A DNA stretch of 32,000 nt from Mycoplasma mycoides subsp. capri. Its GTDB lineage: Bacteria > Bacillota_I > Bacilli_A > Mycoplasmatales > Mycoplasmataceae. Below the pieces are notes generated by a model, which saw nothing but the letters and a program-made list of their open reading frames with translations, did not search any database and was not told the origin of the DNA. Positions within the stretch are counted from its first letter, which is position 1. Each line of letters opens with the position of its first letter. Made by a program: the position numbers and the translations under genes. The stretch spans positions 780,001 to 812,000 of the forward strand of contig NZ_CP065581.1 in NCBI RefSeq assembly GCF_018389705.1, written 5' to 3'. Below, piece by piece: positions 1-12,207 of the stretch.

Positions 1-236
1 ACAACTGGTTTCATACCATTCATAGCCATTCCTAAACCAACACCAGCAAACATTGCTTCACTAATAGGAGCATTAAAGCAACGATCATTTCCAAATTTTA
101 CAGCTAATCCTTGAGTAGCTCTGAAAACTCCACCTTCAGTTCCAACGTCTTCACCAAATACAATAACATTTGGGTCACGTTGTATAGCGCAATCTAAAGC
201 ATCAGTTACAGCTTTAATATTATTAATAATAGCCAT
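1..236 (-). CDS. pdhB: Pyruvate dehydrogenase E1 component beta subunit (N-terminal part, continues beyond the window)
   Basis: Minus-strand translation from ATG at 236: MAIINNIKAVTDALDCAIQRDPNVIVFGEDVGTEGGVFRATQGLAVKFGNDRCFNAPISEASIAGVGVGLAMNGMKPV. Typical E1-beta N-terminus; adjacent to pdhA. Confidence 0.95.
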   Translation of the reverse strand, partial: MAIINNIKAVTDALDCAIQRDPNVIVFGEDVGTEGGVFRATQGLAVKFGNDRCFNAPISEAMFAGVGLGMAMNGMKPV

Positions 237-1348
237 TAGTGGTGTCCTCCTTCTTTAGATTCTGGGTATTTTTCAAAGAATTCTTTAGCTTCTTTGTATT
301 GTTCTTCTAAAAAGATATCCATTTTGTCGTATTGGTATTTAAAAATATCAATTAGATCATAGTTTTTGTTTTGTTCAACTCAAGCAAATTCATCAGCAAC
401 TAATTTATCGTGTTCAGCTACTAATTTTTCTTCTTGTTCATCAGATCATACTTTTTTATCAATTAGATATTGTTTTAATCTGATTAATGGATCAAATTTA
501 GACATTTCTTCAAATTCACCTTTTGGACGGTAAACATCTGGGTTATCTGAAGATGAGTGAGCACCTAATCTATATGTGTCACATTCAACTAAAACAGGTC
601 CATTTCCTTTTCTTACATATTCAACAACTTCTTTAAATACACCAATACATGCTAAATAGTCGTTTCCATCAACAATAATTGAAGGAATACCAGTAGCAAT
701 TCCTTTAACAGCGAAGTTAATTGATTTAGTTTGTTCACTTCTAGCTGTTGAAATCGCTCATTTGTTGTTTTCAATAACAAATACACATGGAACTTCATGA
801 AGTTTTGCAAAGTTCATTGCTTCATAAGTTTCACCTTCACTAGATCCACCATCTCCAGTAGTAGTTACAACAACTCCACCAGTTTTTTTGTATTTTTCAG
901 CAAAAGCAATACCTGTAGCTTGAGAATATTGTGAACCAATAACAATGTTTGGAGGTAAACAATTTACACCTTCAGGAGCTTTACCACCTGCTTCATTACC
1001 AATTCAATATAGCATAATGTTTCTGATTAATTGACCCATTGCTAATCAACCAGCATTATTTCTATATCCACTTACAAAGTGATCTGTTTTTTTGTTTAAT
1101 GCATTAATGTAAGCAACCTCACAAGCTTCTTGTCCTGTTGAAGATAAAAATGATAACAATCTTCCTTGACGTTGCATAGTGTTTTGATAAATATCTTGTC
1201 TACGAGATAAGTGCATTATTTTGTATGCTTCAAGAACTTCTTGATCAGAAATTTTTGGCATTAACTTAGGATTAATTACTTTTCCGTCTTTATCTAAAAC
1301 ACAAACTTTCTCATTTTTTAGAGGATCAAATTTTCCTAAATAAGTCAT
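236..1348 (-). CDS. pdhA: Pyruvate dehydrogenase E1 component alpha subunit, 370 aa with UGA=Trp
   Basis: N-terminus matches ORF track 1046..1348. Reading through TGA as Trp gives one frame ending KEGGHH* at 236. It contains thiamine-PP enzyme features (DGGSSxxx, GNND-like) and its stop overlaps the pdhB start by 1 nt. Confidence 0.95.
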
Positions 1349-1390
1349 TTTGATTGTCCTTTCTATTATTTGTTTTGTTTTTTGTTTTAA

Positions 1391-2395
1391 TTAATCTTTA
1401 AATAATAAGTTGGTGATATCATCACTTGTAAAATTCTTAGCAAAAATAGCTTCTAAGTCAAATTGGTTTAAGACATTTTCTATATCTTTTTTATTAAATT
1501 TAACCCCAATTAATTTTGCTTCTAATTTTTCAGTTCCTTGAGTTCCTAAAAAATCACCATAAATTTTAATGTTAGTAATAACTCCATTATCGACATCTAA
1601 GTTTAGGGTAATAAAACCTTTAGATTCAAGGTATTGTTTTTTAACTAGAGAAAATACAGTATTTTTCCCAAATGTTCAGTCTCATTGATCAAACTTAGTT
1701 TCTTTTCTTGACTGAATGTATTGTTTTTCTTGATCAGTTAATTCAATTCATTTAATTTTCTCATTTTGTACATATGAACTAACTACATCATTAATAAAAG
1801 TATTTAAATCAATATCGATATTAATATCTTTGAAAAACTCTTTTATATTTCTAACTCTGGCAGGTTTTGATCTGATTTGTTGATGTTTTAATTTTTCAGT
1901 ATCAACAACTAAATATTTAGGCATTTTAGATAAATCAACATCAAATAGTAATGTACCATGAACTAGTGTTTTTTCATTAGTTTTTAATTGAGCATTTCCT
2001 GATACTTTATAACCATCAATTACCATATCATTACGCCCAGAAAACATTGCATGAATATTTTTTTGATTTAAATAAGTAATAATTGGTTGTAAGGCTTTTT
2101 GATAATCAACATCATCAGTTGAATTATCAACAATTAATGAATAACAAACATTACCTAAATCTTGATAAACAGTTCCCCCACCTGTATTTCTTTTAACAAT
2201 CTTAACGTTATCTTTTTGAGCAGCCTCTAAGTTAATTTCAGCAAAAGCATTTTGATTTCTTCCAACAACTATAGTATTAGCATTTTGTCAGAAAAATACA
2301 ATAGGTTCTTTAGCTTTATAATGATAAGTTAAATATTCTTCGATTGCTAAATTCATAGCAGGATCGTGATACTTAGAAATCAATAAGTTGATCAT
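1391..2395 (-). CDS. lplA: Lipoate-protein ligase A, 334 aa
   Basis: MINLLISKYHDPAMNLAIEEYL...VGRNQNAFAEIN...VKRNTGGGTVYQDLGNVCYSLI...HAMFSGRNDMVIDGYKVSGNA. The RR/KR-x-GGGTVYHD-like motif is typical of lipoate ligases; next to pdh genes. Length 1005 nt in frame. Confidence 0.93.
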
Positions 2396-2397
2396 GA

Positions 2398-3762
2398 CTA
2401 TTTTTCCTTTTTAAAGTAGTTTAGTCCTAAAACTTCTAATCCTGCTAGCGAAATAAAGTTAAATGGTTTATTAAAGTGTGGTAAGAAGAAAATATCAACT
2501 AATGGTAATTCATCAATTGTTAAGTCTTTTTGAATACCTAAAGCTAGCATGTACATAACTTCTGTATGGTTCTTTTCACTAGCTACTTGAGCTCCAATAA
2601 TTTTTCTTGTCTTTTTATCTCATACAACTTTAAATAGAACTTCATTTGCTGTTGACATAAATTCAGGTCTGTCTAGATCTTTAAAGTTGATAAAGTCAAT
2701 GTCATATCCCATTCTTTTTGCAGCTTCAACACTGATTCCAACACTTGCCATGTGTAATCCAAATACTGAAATACCATTAGCTCCTGTAAATCCTGGAGAT
2801 TTTAATCCATTTCCTTTAATTACGTTAAATGCAGCAATAACTCCAGTTCTAACAGCTGTTGTTGCTAATTGGATTGGAACGTTTTTGTTCATTGCTTTGT
2901 TATAAACTTGAGCACAGTCTCCAATTGCATAAATATCTGGATTTGTAGTTTGCATAAAGTCATTTGTTACAATAGCTTTTCTGTCATCTAAATCACAAAT
3001 ACCTTCTAAAATAGCTGATTGTGGTCTTACACCTACTGAAAAGATTACATAATCAACATCAATGTTTCCTTTATCAGTTACAACTTGAGTTACTTTTCCA
3101 TTTTCACCTTTAAATTCAATAACTTTTGCACCTAAAGATAATTTAACTCCAGCTTTAGTCATTTTTTCTTGCATTAGATCAGTGAATTCTTGATCATAAT
3201 AAACTGGCATAATTCTGTTAGCAACATCAATTAAAGTAACATCTTTTCCATATTCATTAAATGCTTCAACTAATTCAACACCAATGTATCCTGCACCAAC
3301 TACAGCAATTTTTTTATAACTTTTATCTAAGTTGTGTTCTAGAATTTTTTTAGCATGGTGGTAGTTTTTACAAATTTGTACACCTTCTAAATCGATTCCT
3401 GGGATTGGTGGAATTAATGGTCAAGTTCCTGTAGCTACAATTAATTTGTCATAGTTATCTGTTTTTACTTCACCTGTTTTTAAATCTTTAACAGTAACAG
3501 TTTTTGCTTTGTCATCAACTGATAGTACTTCGTGATTCATAAACACGTTAACTCCTTCAGATCTTAAAATTTCAGGAGTTGCGTAAAATAACATATTTGG
3601 GTCTTTAACTTCACCTTTTACTCATAAAGCAATACCACATCCTAAAAATGAAATGGCATCATTTTTGTCATAAGTAGTTACTTCACAAGTAGGATCTAAT
3701 CTTTTTAAAGTTCTAACAGCTGTAGTTCCAGCATGGTTAGTACCTAGTACTATAACTTTCAT
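2398..3762 (-). CDS. nox: NADH oxidase / FAD-dependent pyridine nucleotide-disulfide oxidoreductase, 454 aa
   Basis: N-terminus MKVIVLGTNHAGTTAVRTLKRLDP; C-terminal half contains DYVIFSVGVRPQSAIL and DIYAIGDCAQVYNK. Continuous table-4 frame. Confidence 0.92.
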
Positions 3763-4421
3763 TATTAAAAGCCCTTTCTTTTAAAGTTTTTAGTCTTGGT
3801 TTTTTATCTCATTTTAAGAACTATTCAATACAAAATAGTCTATTGAATATTCTAATCTTATTTTAACTTATATAAAGTAAAATAATACACATAGCAAAAA
3901 ATATTACTACATAAAATGTTTATTTTCTATATAAAAGTAATAAAAATTTCAAACTAGTAAATTTCTAATATATTAAAATATATCCAACTAATATATTAAA
4001 CCACTAAAAACAGAAATTTAAACCAAAAACCTACTTATTTAGGCTAAAATATACAAGTTTTTTTATGTTTTTATACTAATTTTTTAACTAATTTCTAAAT
4101 TTTTAACTCTAATAAACTTGTTAAATATGATATCTAATTTAATTCTAATTTTAAGTTTTTTATGATTATTATTATAAGAATGTTTTTTATTTTATAGTTA
4201 TAAAAATTACTTAGATTTATAAAAACTTAACAGGTGTTTTTAACAAAAAAATAAGTTAAAAAAATAGATTGATAATAATATAAATTTAAACAAATTTTTT
4301 TAGAGTTATTTTATAAGTTTTAATAATTTATTTAACATACATTTGTTCTAGTTTTTTAAGAGTTTTTAAATACAATTACAGATTTGTTTTTAATTTAACT
4401 AATATTTATTACAAATAAAAA

Positions 4422-4447
4422 AAACTTGCAAAACTATTTGCAAGTTT
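4422..4447 (-). terminator. Intrinsic terminator of thrS
   Basis: Arms aaacttgcaaa / tttgcaagttt (11 bp) with a 4-nt loop, followed on the minus strand by an 8-nt T run. Located 14 nt past the thrS stop. Confidence 0.85.
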
Positions 4448-4460
4448 TACTATTATTTAT

Positions 4461-6380
4461 CTATTTTTTATCATTAATTTGTTGTTTTAACATATCAATA
4501 AATTCTTGAATTGGTACAGTAATTTGAGCATCACTTCCATATTGTCTATAAGTAATAGTGTTATTTTCAACTTCTTTATTACCTAAAACTAGTTGGTATG
4601 GAACTTTTTTAGTTTGGGCATCTCTTATTTTATAACTTAATCTTTCATCTCTTAAATCAATATGTGATCTAATAAATTCTTTTTTTAGTTTTTGATGAAC
4701 TAAATTAGCATATTCTAAATTAGATTCACTAATTGGAATAATTTCAATTTGTTTTGGAGCTAATCATAAAGGTAAAACACCTTTAGTTTGTTCTAATAAA
4801 GTTGCTATAAATCTTTCATAAGTTCCAATTAATCCACGATGAATCATAATTGGACGAACTAATTTTTGATCTTTATCAATATAAGTTAAATCAAATTTAT
4901 TTGGCATTAAAAAGTCAAGTTGAATAGTTGAAACTGTAATTTCATGATTTTGAGCTGTTTTTATTTGAATATCTAATTTAGGACCATAAAAAGCAGCATC
5001 TCCAATACGTTTTTCATATTTTAAACCTAAATCAATTAATACTTTTTCTAAACTAGATTCGGCTTTATCTCACATTAAATCATCTTTATAAAATTTAACT
5101 TTATCATTTGGGTCTCTTAAACTTAAACTTAAATAATCAATTTGAATATTAAATGTTTTTAAAACTTCACTAATTAATTTATAAGTTGATCTAAACTCAT
5201 CTTCAATTTGATCACTTCTTACAAAAATATGTGAATCAGTTAGTTTCATTCCTCTAACTCTTTCTAATCCAGTTAATGAACCACTTGATTCAAATCTATG
5301 TTGAATAGCATGCTCACAAATTCTTAAAGGTAAATCACGATAACTTCTTTGTTCTTGTTTATAAACTGCAATGTGATGCGGACAATTCATAGGTCTTAAA
5401 ATAAATTGTTCATCACTACCTTTTCCACCATTAAAAGGTTGAAACATATCTTCACCATAATGATCTCAATGACCACTAGTTTTATATAGTTCAACAGTTC
5501 CAATTGGTGGAGTTTCTACTGGAATATAATCATATTCTCATTCTTTTTGTCTTAAATATTTTTCAATTTCATTTTTAACAATAAACCCATTTGGTAATCA
5601 TAAAGGTAATCCTGCTCCAACAAGTTGATCAAACCCAAAAATATTTAATGTTTTATTAATTAAACGATGATCTCTACTTCTTCTATCTTCTAAAATAGCT
5701 TTTTTATTTTTTAATTCACTACTTGAAGTTGCACATAGTCCGTGAACCCTTTGTAACATAATGTTATTTTTGTCATTTAATCAATAAGATCCAGTTAATT
5801 GTTCAATATCAATAATTTTAATAAAGTTAGAATTTAAAATTAAAGCTTTATCTATAACCATATAAAAATCATTAATACTATAAACTTTTACATAATTATA
5901 TTTTTCATACATTTGTTTTGCTAAATATTTTTGATAATCATTATTTAAAATTTCTAATGCTTTGTTTAAATCATAAATATCTGATTTAATTTCTAAATTA
6001 GAAGTTAATAACTGATTAATATTAGTTTGAATATTTTTTAAATCGTCTAAAACTAATCTAGGTTCAGTATTAAATGTTGTTGAAAATTCCATTTCATCAG
6101 CATTATAAAAATTTTCTGCTTGACTAATTGGTTTTAAGTTATTAATTGCATAACTTGTAATAAAAGCTGCAGTTAAATTTAACATTAAATCATATTCTTT
6201 ACTTTTATTTGTAATTAATTCTAAGTCACAATCATTTTTAATTAAATAATTAATATCAAATAATTGATCATTAATTTTAGCTCCAATTACATTTTTTAAA
6301 CCTATTTCTGAACTAATATCTTTAACTGAAATTTCTTGATTATATTCTTTAATTGAACCATCTAATAATTTAATTTTCAT
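4461..6380 (-). CDS. thrS: Threonyl-tRNA synthetase, 639 aa
   Basis: TGS domain at the N-terminus (MKIKLLDGSIKEYNQEISVKDISSEIG), then MFQPFNGGKGSDEQFILRPMNCPHHI (class II motif 2) and RPIMIHRGLIGTYERF. In frame across UGA codons. Confidence 0.96.
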
Positions 6381-6396
6381 ATATCTCCTTATAAAA

Positions 6397-6605
6397 AAAT
6401 CGCTCCCTAATTTAGGAGCGATTTAACGCGGTACCATCCTAATTATGTAAAATATTTTACTTTACACATCTTAATTTTACTTATCGCGTAATTACGTAAT
6501 ACTTTTAATATGGTAGTAATTTTAGCTATCCAAATTAACTTTCACCAACCGTTAACTCTCTGTACTGTCTTTACTAAAATCGTGTCCATAGTATTAATTA
6601 AATAT
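6397..6605 (-). promoter_or_regulatory. T-box riboswitch leader of thrS (antitermination), including its terminator hairpin
   Basis: Minus strand has AGGATGGTACCGCG (6427-6440), matching the T-box consensus. It is followed by terminator arms AAATCGCTCC/GGAGCGATTT (6397-6406 and 6415-6424) with a T run directly before the thrS ATG. Confidence 0.93.
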
Positions 6606-6646
6606 TAAATTTATAAATTTATTTTATAGAATATTTTTTAGTTTTT

Positions 6647-8083
6647 TTAAATAACTTCTATTTCTTTTATAGCTGTACTTCTTACAACTAAAACTTTTTC
6701 ACCAAGTTTTGCTCCTCAAGATTTAGCAATTTCTGATAATTTTTCAACATTATTATCTAAATTATCTAAAGTATCAACTTTATTCATAAAAATTGAATAT
6801 CACACACCAAATGAAGTTCATAATTTCTTATCTGGACTAACTCCTAAAATTGTTACATTTGGTCTAAATTTAGAAATGGTTTTTAATAATTCACCTGTTT
6901 TTGATAAAACAATAGCATATTTATATTCACCATCTTTTGTTTTTGTAGCTAGTAGATCTGCAATTTCGGCTCTAGGTCCTGATGTTGAGTTTCTTGCATT
7001 ATCTAATTGTACTTGATAGTAAATCTTGTTGTAGAATTCAACTTCTGCTCTTTTATTAATTGTTGACATTGTATGAACTGTTAAGAATGGATAATCTCCA
7101 GCAGCTGATTCACCAGATAACATTGTAGCATCAGCACCAAGTTCAGTTGCAAAATAAACATCAGTTACTTCAGCTCTAGTTGGTGATGGATTTTCTGTCA
7201 TTGTTTCTAGCATTTGAGTAGCAACAATTACAATTTTTCCTTTTTCTCTACATTTTCTGATGATAATTTTTTCTCAATAAGGTACATCATAATATGGAAT
7301 TTCTAATCCTAAATCACCACGTGCAATCATAATTCCATCAGATTCTTCAATAATTTCATCAATATTATCTAATCCAACTTGTGATTCTATTTTTGAAATA
7401 ATTTGAATATGATTTGCGTTAGCTTTATTTAAAATTTCTTTAATTTGTCTTACATTTTCAGCTGTATTTACAAATGATGCAGCTATATAATCAACACCTT
7501 GTTCACATCCAAATAAAATATCTTTTTCATCTTTTTCAGATAAGAATGGTAATGAAAAATCAATTCCAGGTAAGTTAACGCGCTTATTAGTTTTTACAAT
7601 GTGATGATTAAATGCAGTTGCTTTAATGATTTGAGGTTCAACTGAATCAACTGTTAATTCTAATTTACCATCATCAATTAAAATCATATCTCCAGGTTTT
7701 AAATCAACTGACATATCATAAGCAACAGTCATTTCACCTTGAACACATTCTTTATTTAAATAAGAATAAGTATCAGTATAAATAGTAATTGATTGACCTT
7801 TTACTATTTCTTGTTTATTATCTTTAAATTTTCCTAATCTAATTTCAGGACCTTTAGTATCTAATATTATTGAAATTGGCTTATTTAAAGCTTTAGAGAT
7901 TTTTTTAGCAGCTTTAATTCTATAACCATGTTCTTCATAACTACCATGTGAAAAATTTAAACGAATAGTTGTCATTCCATTGTTAAATAATTCTTTAATA
8001 GCTTCTGCAGAGTGAGTTGAAGGACCAATTGTTGTAATTACTTTGGTTCGTTTCATTCTCTTTTGTAATGTTTCTTTAGTCAT
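6647..8083 (-). CDS. pyk: Pyruvate kinase, 478 aa
   Basis: KVITTIGPSTHSAEAIKELFNNGMTTIRLNFSHGSYEEH, DTKGPEIRLG, IMIARGDLGLEIP, ATQMLETMTENPSPTRAEVTDV; ORF track pieces 7274..8083 and 6818..7213 are in the same frame. Confidence 0.97.
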
Positions 8084-8153
8084 TATATCTCCTTACGTAC
8101 TACTCATTTTAATTATATTTTATTAATTAATTTCAATATATTATTATTAGATG

Positions 8154-9134
8154 TTATTTACTAAAATATCCATTAATTTCTCTTAAATAATTAATAAAAG
8201 GTTTTTTATCTTCTTTTTTCATATTTAAAGTTGAATCAATATCTCTTGCAACTAGTTTATTATTTTCTAATCCTATAAATAGTCCACCTTTACCTTCAGC
8301 TAGTTTTTCAACAGCAAACATACCAGCTGTAAAAGCAATATATCTATCCATAGCAGTTGGTCTACCACCACGTTGAATATGTCCTAAAACAGTTGCTTTA
8401 GTTTCATAACCACTAATTTTTTGAATTTTTTCAGCAATTTCTTCAGCAGAAATTCCATATGATTTTTCTGAAACTAAAATAATTAAACTTTTTTTACCTA
8501 ATAATCTAAATTGTTTTGCTTTTTGACCCATTTGCTCAATTGTTAATAGATCTTCAGCTGGAGAAAAAATTTCAGCTCCTGTAGCAACTGCTGTATAAGT
8601 TACTAAATCACCACAACCATTTCCCATAATTTCAACAACATCAGCTCTATTATGTGATTGCATTGTATCTCTAATTCTATCAACTGCTTCAACAATTGTA
8701 TTTAGTGCAGTATGAAAACCAATAGTATAATCAGTTGAAGAAATATCATTATCAATAGTTCCAGGTAACCCAACACAATTAATACCCATTTCAGTTAATT
8801 TTTGAGCACCCATATAACTACCATCTCCACCAATTACAACTAAAGCTTCAATTCCAGCTTTTTTTAAATTAGCAACAGCTTTTTGTCTTACTTCTAATTC
8901 TTTAAACTCTGGTAGTCTTGCTGAACCTAAATAAGTTCCACCTCTAGAAAGAATATCTAAAGTTTTTTCAACATTTAATTTTTCAAATCAACCATTTACT
9001 AACCCTTTATATCCATCATTAATCCCATATACTTCAATTCCTTTTGAAGCTGCTGTTTTTACAACTCCAGCAATGGCGTTATTCATTCCAGGAGCATCCC
9101 CTCCAGAAGTCAAAATTCCAATTTTTTTTATCAT
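8154..9134 (-). CDS. pfkA: 6-phosphofructokinase, 326 aa
   Basis: [21 protein letters not shown] at the N-terminus; [22 protein letters not shown] and [14 protein letters not shown] motifs. Confidence 0.97.
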
Positions 9135-9191
9135 TAAATATAAACCTCTTTCTAAAAAAACACATTAACATAAATTTAATTATATAACAAA

Positions 9192-9223
9192 AAAGTATAC
9201 CTCTAATTGTAAAGGTATACTTT
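9192..9223 (-). terminator. Terminator-like hairpin on the minus strand, not associated with an annotated upstream gene
   Basis: Arms aaagtatacct (9192-9202) / aggtatacttt (9213-9223). On the minus strand it is followed by T-rich TTTTTTG. It lies between pfkA and glpO, which diverge. Confidence 0.6.
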
Positions 9224-9469
9224 GAACCTATTTTACAGATTGCCATTGATCATTTTCGAATAAGTTAAAATAAACAAGTAATTTAGACTAATAAAAATAT
9301 AAAATATTAGTATAGAAGAAAGGAGAAAACTAAATAACTGTTCAAATTTTATACTTACTTAGAAAAGCAAAATGACTTACTTTTTTTATAGACTTAAATA
9401 ATAGTAAACAAATATAATTTTTTTTCAAGTAATTCTTATAAAATTTTGAATTTTTTAAAAAAGAATATT

Positions 9470-10633
9470 ATGAAGCAAACAAAAGTTGATATTTGTATCA
9501 TCGGTGGTGGAATTATTGGTGCTTCTGTTGCTAGAGAACTAGCTAAATTTGATAAAAAAATTGTAGTTTTAGAAGCAAACCCAAGACTCGCATTAGAAAC
9601 AAGTAGTCATAACTCAGGATTAGTTCATGGTGGATTTGATCCAAGACCTGAAACTTTAAATGCAAAATTAAATGTTTTAGGTAAAAAACGTTATGAAGAC
9701 TGAATCAAAGAAATGGATTTTCCATATCTAAGAATTGATTCAACTATAGTAGCATTTAATGATGAAGAAATGAAACATGTTCACATGCTATATGATAGAG
9801 GCTTAATTAATGGATTAGATCCAAAAGAAATGGAAATCATTGATGCAAAAGAACTTCAAAAGCGTGAACCAAATATTAGTAAACAAGCAGTTGGAGCTTT
9901 AGTATGTAATTCTTCAATAGCTATTGATCCAGTTGTACTAACTACAACACTTATGAGAAATGCTATTAAAAATGGTGTTGAACTAAAAGTTAACTCAAAA
10001 GTAGTAGATATTAAAAAAGTTGATAATATTTTTGAAATTAAGACTGCAAAAGATGAAATCATTCAAGCTGAAGTTATAGTTAATGTAGCTGGTCATTATG
10101 CAGATATTATAGCTAATATGGCTGGATATGGTGATTTTAAATTAACTACAAGAAGAGGAGAATATCGTATTTTAGATAAATCTGAAGCAGGAATTGTAAA
10201 TTCTGTAGTATTTATGGTACCAACCATTCACGGAAAAGGAGTTATTGTTGCTCCAATGCTAGATGGAAGAGTGATGGTAGGACCAACTGCTTTAGATGGA
10301 GTACCAAAAGAAGAAACTTTATTAGTAACTCAACAACAATACGATAACATTGGAAAAATTGGTAAACATTTAATTCCAAATATTAATATGGATAAAACTT
10401 GTACAGTTTATGCTGGTTCAAGACCTATTGATGTTGAAACTAATGACTTTGTAATTAGACCAGCAAAAGCTGATAAGAAATTTATTAATGTTGCTGGAAT
10501 GAAATCACCAGCTATTGCATCAGCTCCAGCTATTGCAGATATGGTTTGTGATTTAGTAAAAAATGCATTTGATAAATTAGATAAAAAGGCTAATTGACAA
10601 CCAAAAGAAGAAGCTATTCTTCCATGAAAATAG
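9470..10633 (+). CDS. glpO: Glycerol-3-phosphate oxidase (FAD-dependent, H2O2-producing type), 387 aa
   Basis: [37 protein letters not shown] (dinucleotide-binding motif), [14 protein letters not shown] track pieces 9446..9703 and 9713..10597 are in the same frame, separated by TGA(Trp). The ATG at 9470 is more likely than the upstream TTG at 9446. Confidence 0.9.
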
Positions 10634-10649
10634 TATAAGGAGAATAACT

Positions 10650-12167
10650 ATGACAGATAATAAAAAATACATCTTAACACTAGATGAAGGAACAACAAGT
10701 GCAAGAGCTTTAATTACTGATAAACAAGGTAATATTATTGCTGTTGAACAATCAGAATTTACTCAATACTTCCCAAAAGAAGGATGAGTAGAACATGATG
10801 CTATTGAAATTTGAAACACTCAACGTTCTGCATTAGTACAAGTTTTAAATAAATCTGGAATTGACCCAAGTCAAATTGAAGCAATTGGAATTACTAATCA
10901 ACGTGAAACTGCTGTTATTTGAAATAAAGAAACTGGATTACCAATTTATAATGCTATAGTTTGACAAGACCAAAGAACAGCAGATTATTGTCAAACATTT
11001 GATAAAGATACTTTAGAAATGGTTAAAGAAAGATCTGGATTAATTATTAATCCTTACTTTTCAGGAACTAAAGTAAAATGAATTTTAGATAATGTTCCAA
11101 ATGCTAGACAACTAGCAAAAGATGGAAAACTAATGTTTGGAACAATCAACACATGATTAATTTATCGTTTAACAGGTGGAGAAGTATTTGTAACAGATCA
11201 TACTAATGCACAAAGAACTTTACTATACAATATTCACACAAATGACTGAGATGATGAATTATTAAAATTATTTGATATTCCAAGAAACATCCTTCCTGAA
11301 ATTAAATCATGTAGTGAAGTTTATGGTTACACATTTAAAGGACTATTTTCTAAAGGAAATGAACAAAGAATTAAAATTGCATCATCAATTGGTGATCAAC
11401 AAAGTGCTTTATTTGGGCAATTATGTTTAGAAAAAGGTCAAGTAAAAGTAACTTATGGAACTGGATGCTTTATTTTAACAAATACTGGTGAAGAAATTGT
11501 TAAATCAAATCATGGTTTATTAACAACAGTTGCTTATTCATTTAAAGATAAAGTATATTATGCTTTAGAAGGTTCAGTAATGATTGCTGGGGCTGCTGTT
11601 CAATGATTAAGAGATAATCTAAGAATTGTTTATAATGCTATTGAAACAGAATGATATGCTGGTCAAGTTAAAGATGATAGAAGAGTTTATGTTGTTCCAT
11701 CATTTACTGGTTTAGGTTCTCCTTATTGAGATTCATTCTCACGTGGTGCTATTTTTGGACTAGATCGTGGAACTAGACGTGAACATATTGTTAGAGCAAC
11801 TCTAGAAGCTATTGCATATCAAGCAAATGATGTTGTTGATGCAATGGGAAAAGATATGAAAAAACCAATTGAAATTTTTAAAGTAGATGGTGGAGCTGCA
11901 AATAACAAATTCTTAATGCAATTCCAATCAAATATTTCTCAATCTAAAGTTATAAAACCAACAAACGTAGAAACTACTGCTATGGGAGCTGCATTTATGG
12001 CTGGATTAGCTGTTGGATATTGAGAAAATGTTGAAGAATTGAAAAAAACTTATAAAGTTCACTTTGAATTAACACCAGAACTAAGTAAACCAGAAGTTGA
12101 TAAATTAATTAAAGGTTGAAAAGTAGCTGTTCAAAGAACATTTAAATGAGTAGAAGAAATTGAATAA
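10650..12167 (+). CDS. glpK: Glycerol kinase, 505 aa
   Basis: [30 protein letters not shown]...[20 protein letters not shown]. Continuous frame with UGA=Trp; SD AAGGAG upstream; between glpO and glpF. Confidence 0.96.
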
Positions 12168-12207
12168 TTTATATTTTTAAAAAATTAAATAATAATGAAA
12201 GGATAAC

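Noticed and set aside
2687-2905. Plus-strand ORF MIKSMSYPILFAAS... inside nox.
   Set aside because: Antisense to a well-supported nox coding region, no RBS, low-complexity hydrophobic product typical of chance antisense ORFs.
3763-4421. Possible CRISPR array or tandem repeats in the AT-rich intergenic region.
   Set aside because: Similar short A/T strings recur, but no unit with regular spacing or conserved repeat was found by eye.
9700-9715. glpO appears broken into two ORFs (9446..9703 and 9713..10597).
   Set aside because: The break is a TGA codon in the same frame (YED-W-IKEMDF), which is Trp in this organism. The gene is intact.
9856-10062. Minus-strand ORF inside glpO, similar to 16964..17185(-), 18093..18299(-), 19597..19782(-), 28029..28310(-), 28774..28962(-) and 30700..30897(-).
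   Set aside because: All are antisense shadows of real plus-strand genes with no supporting features.
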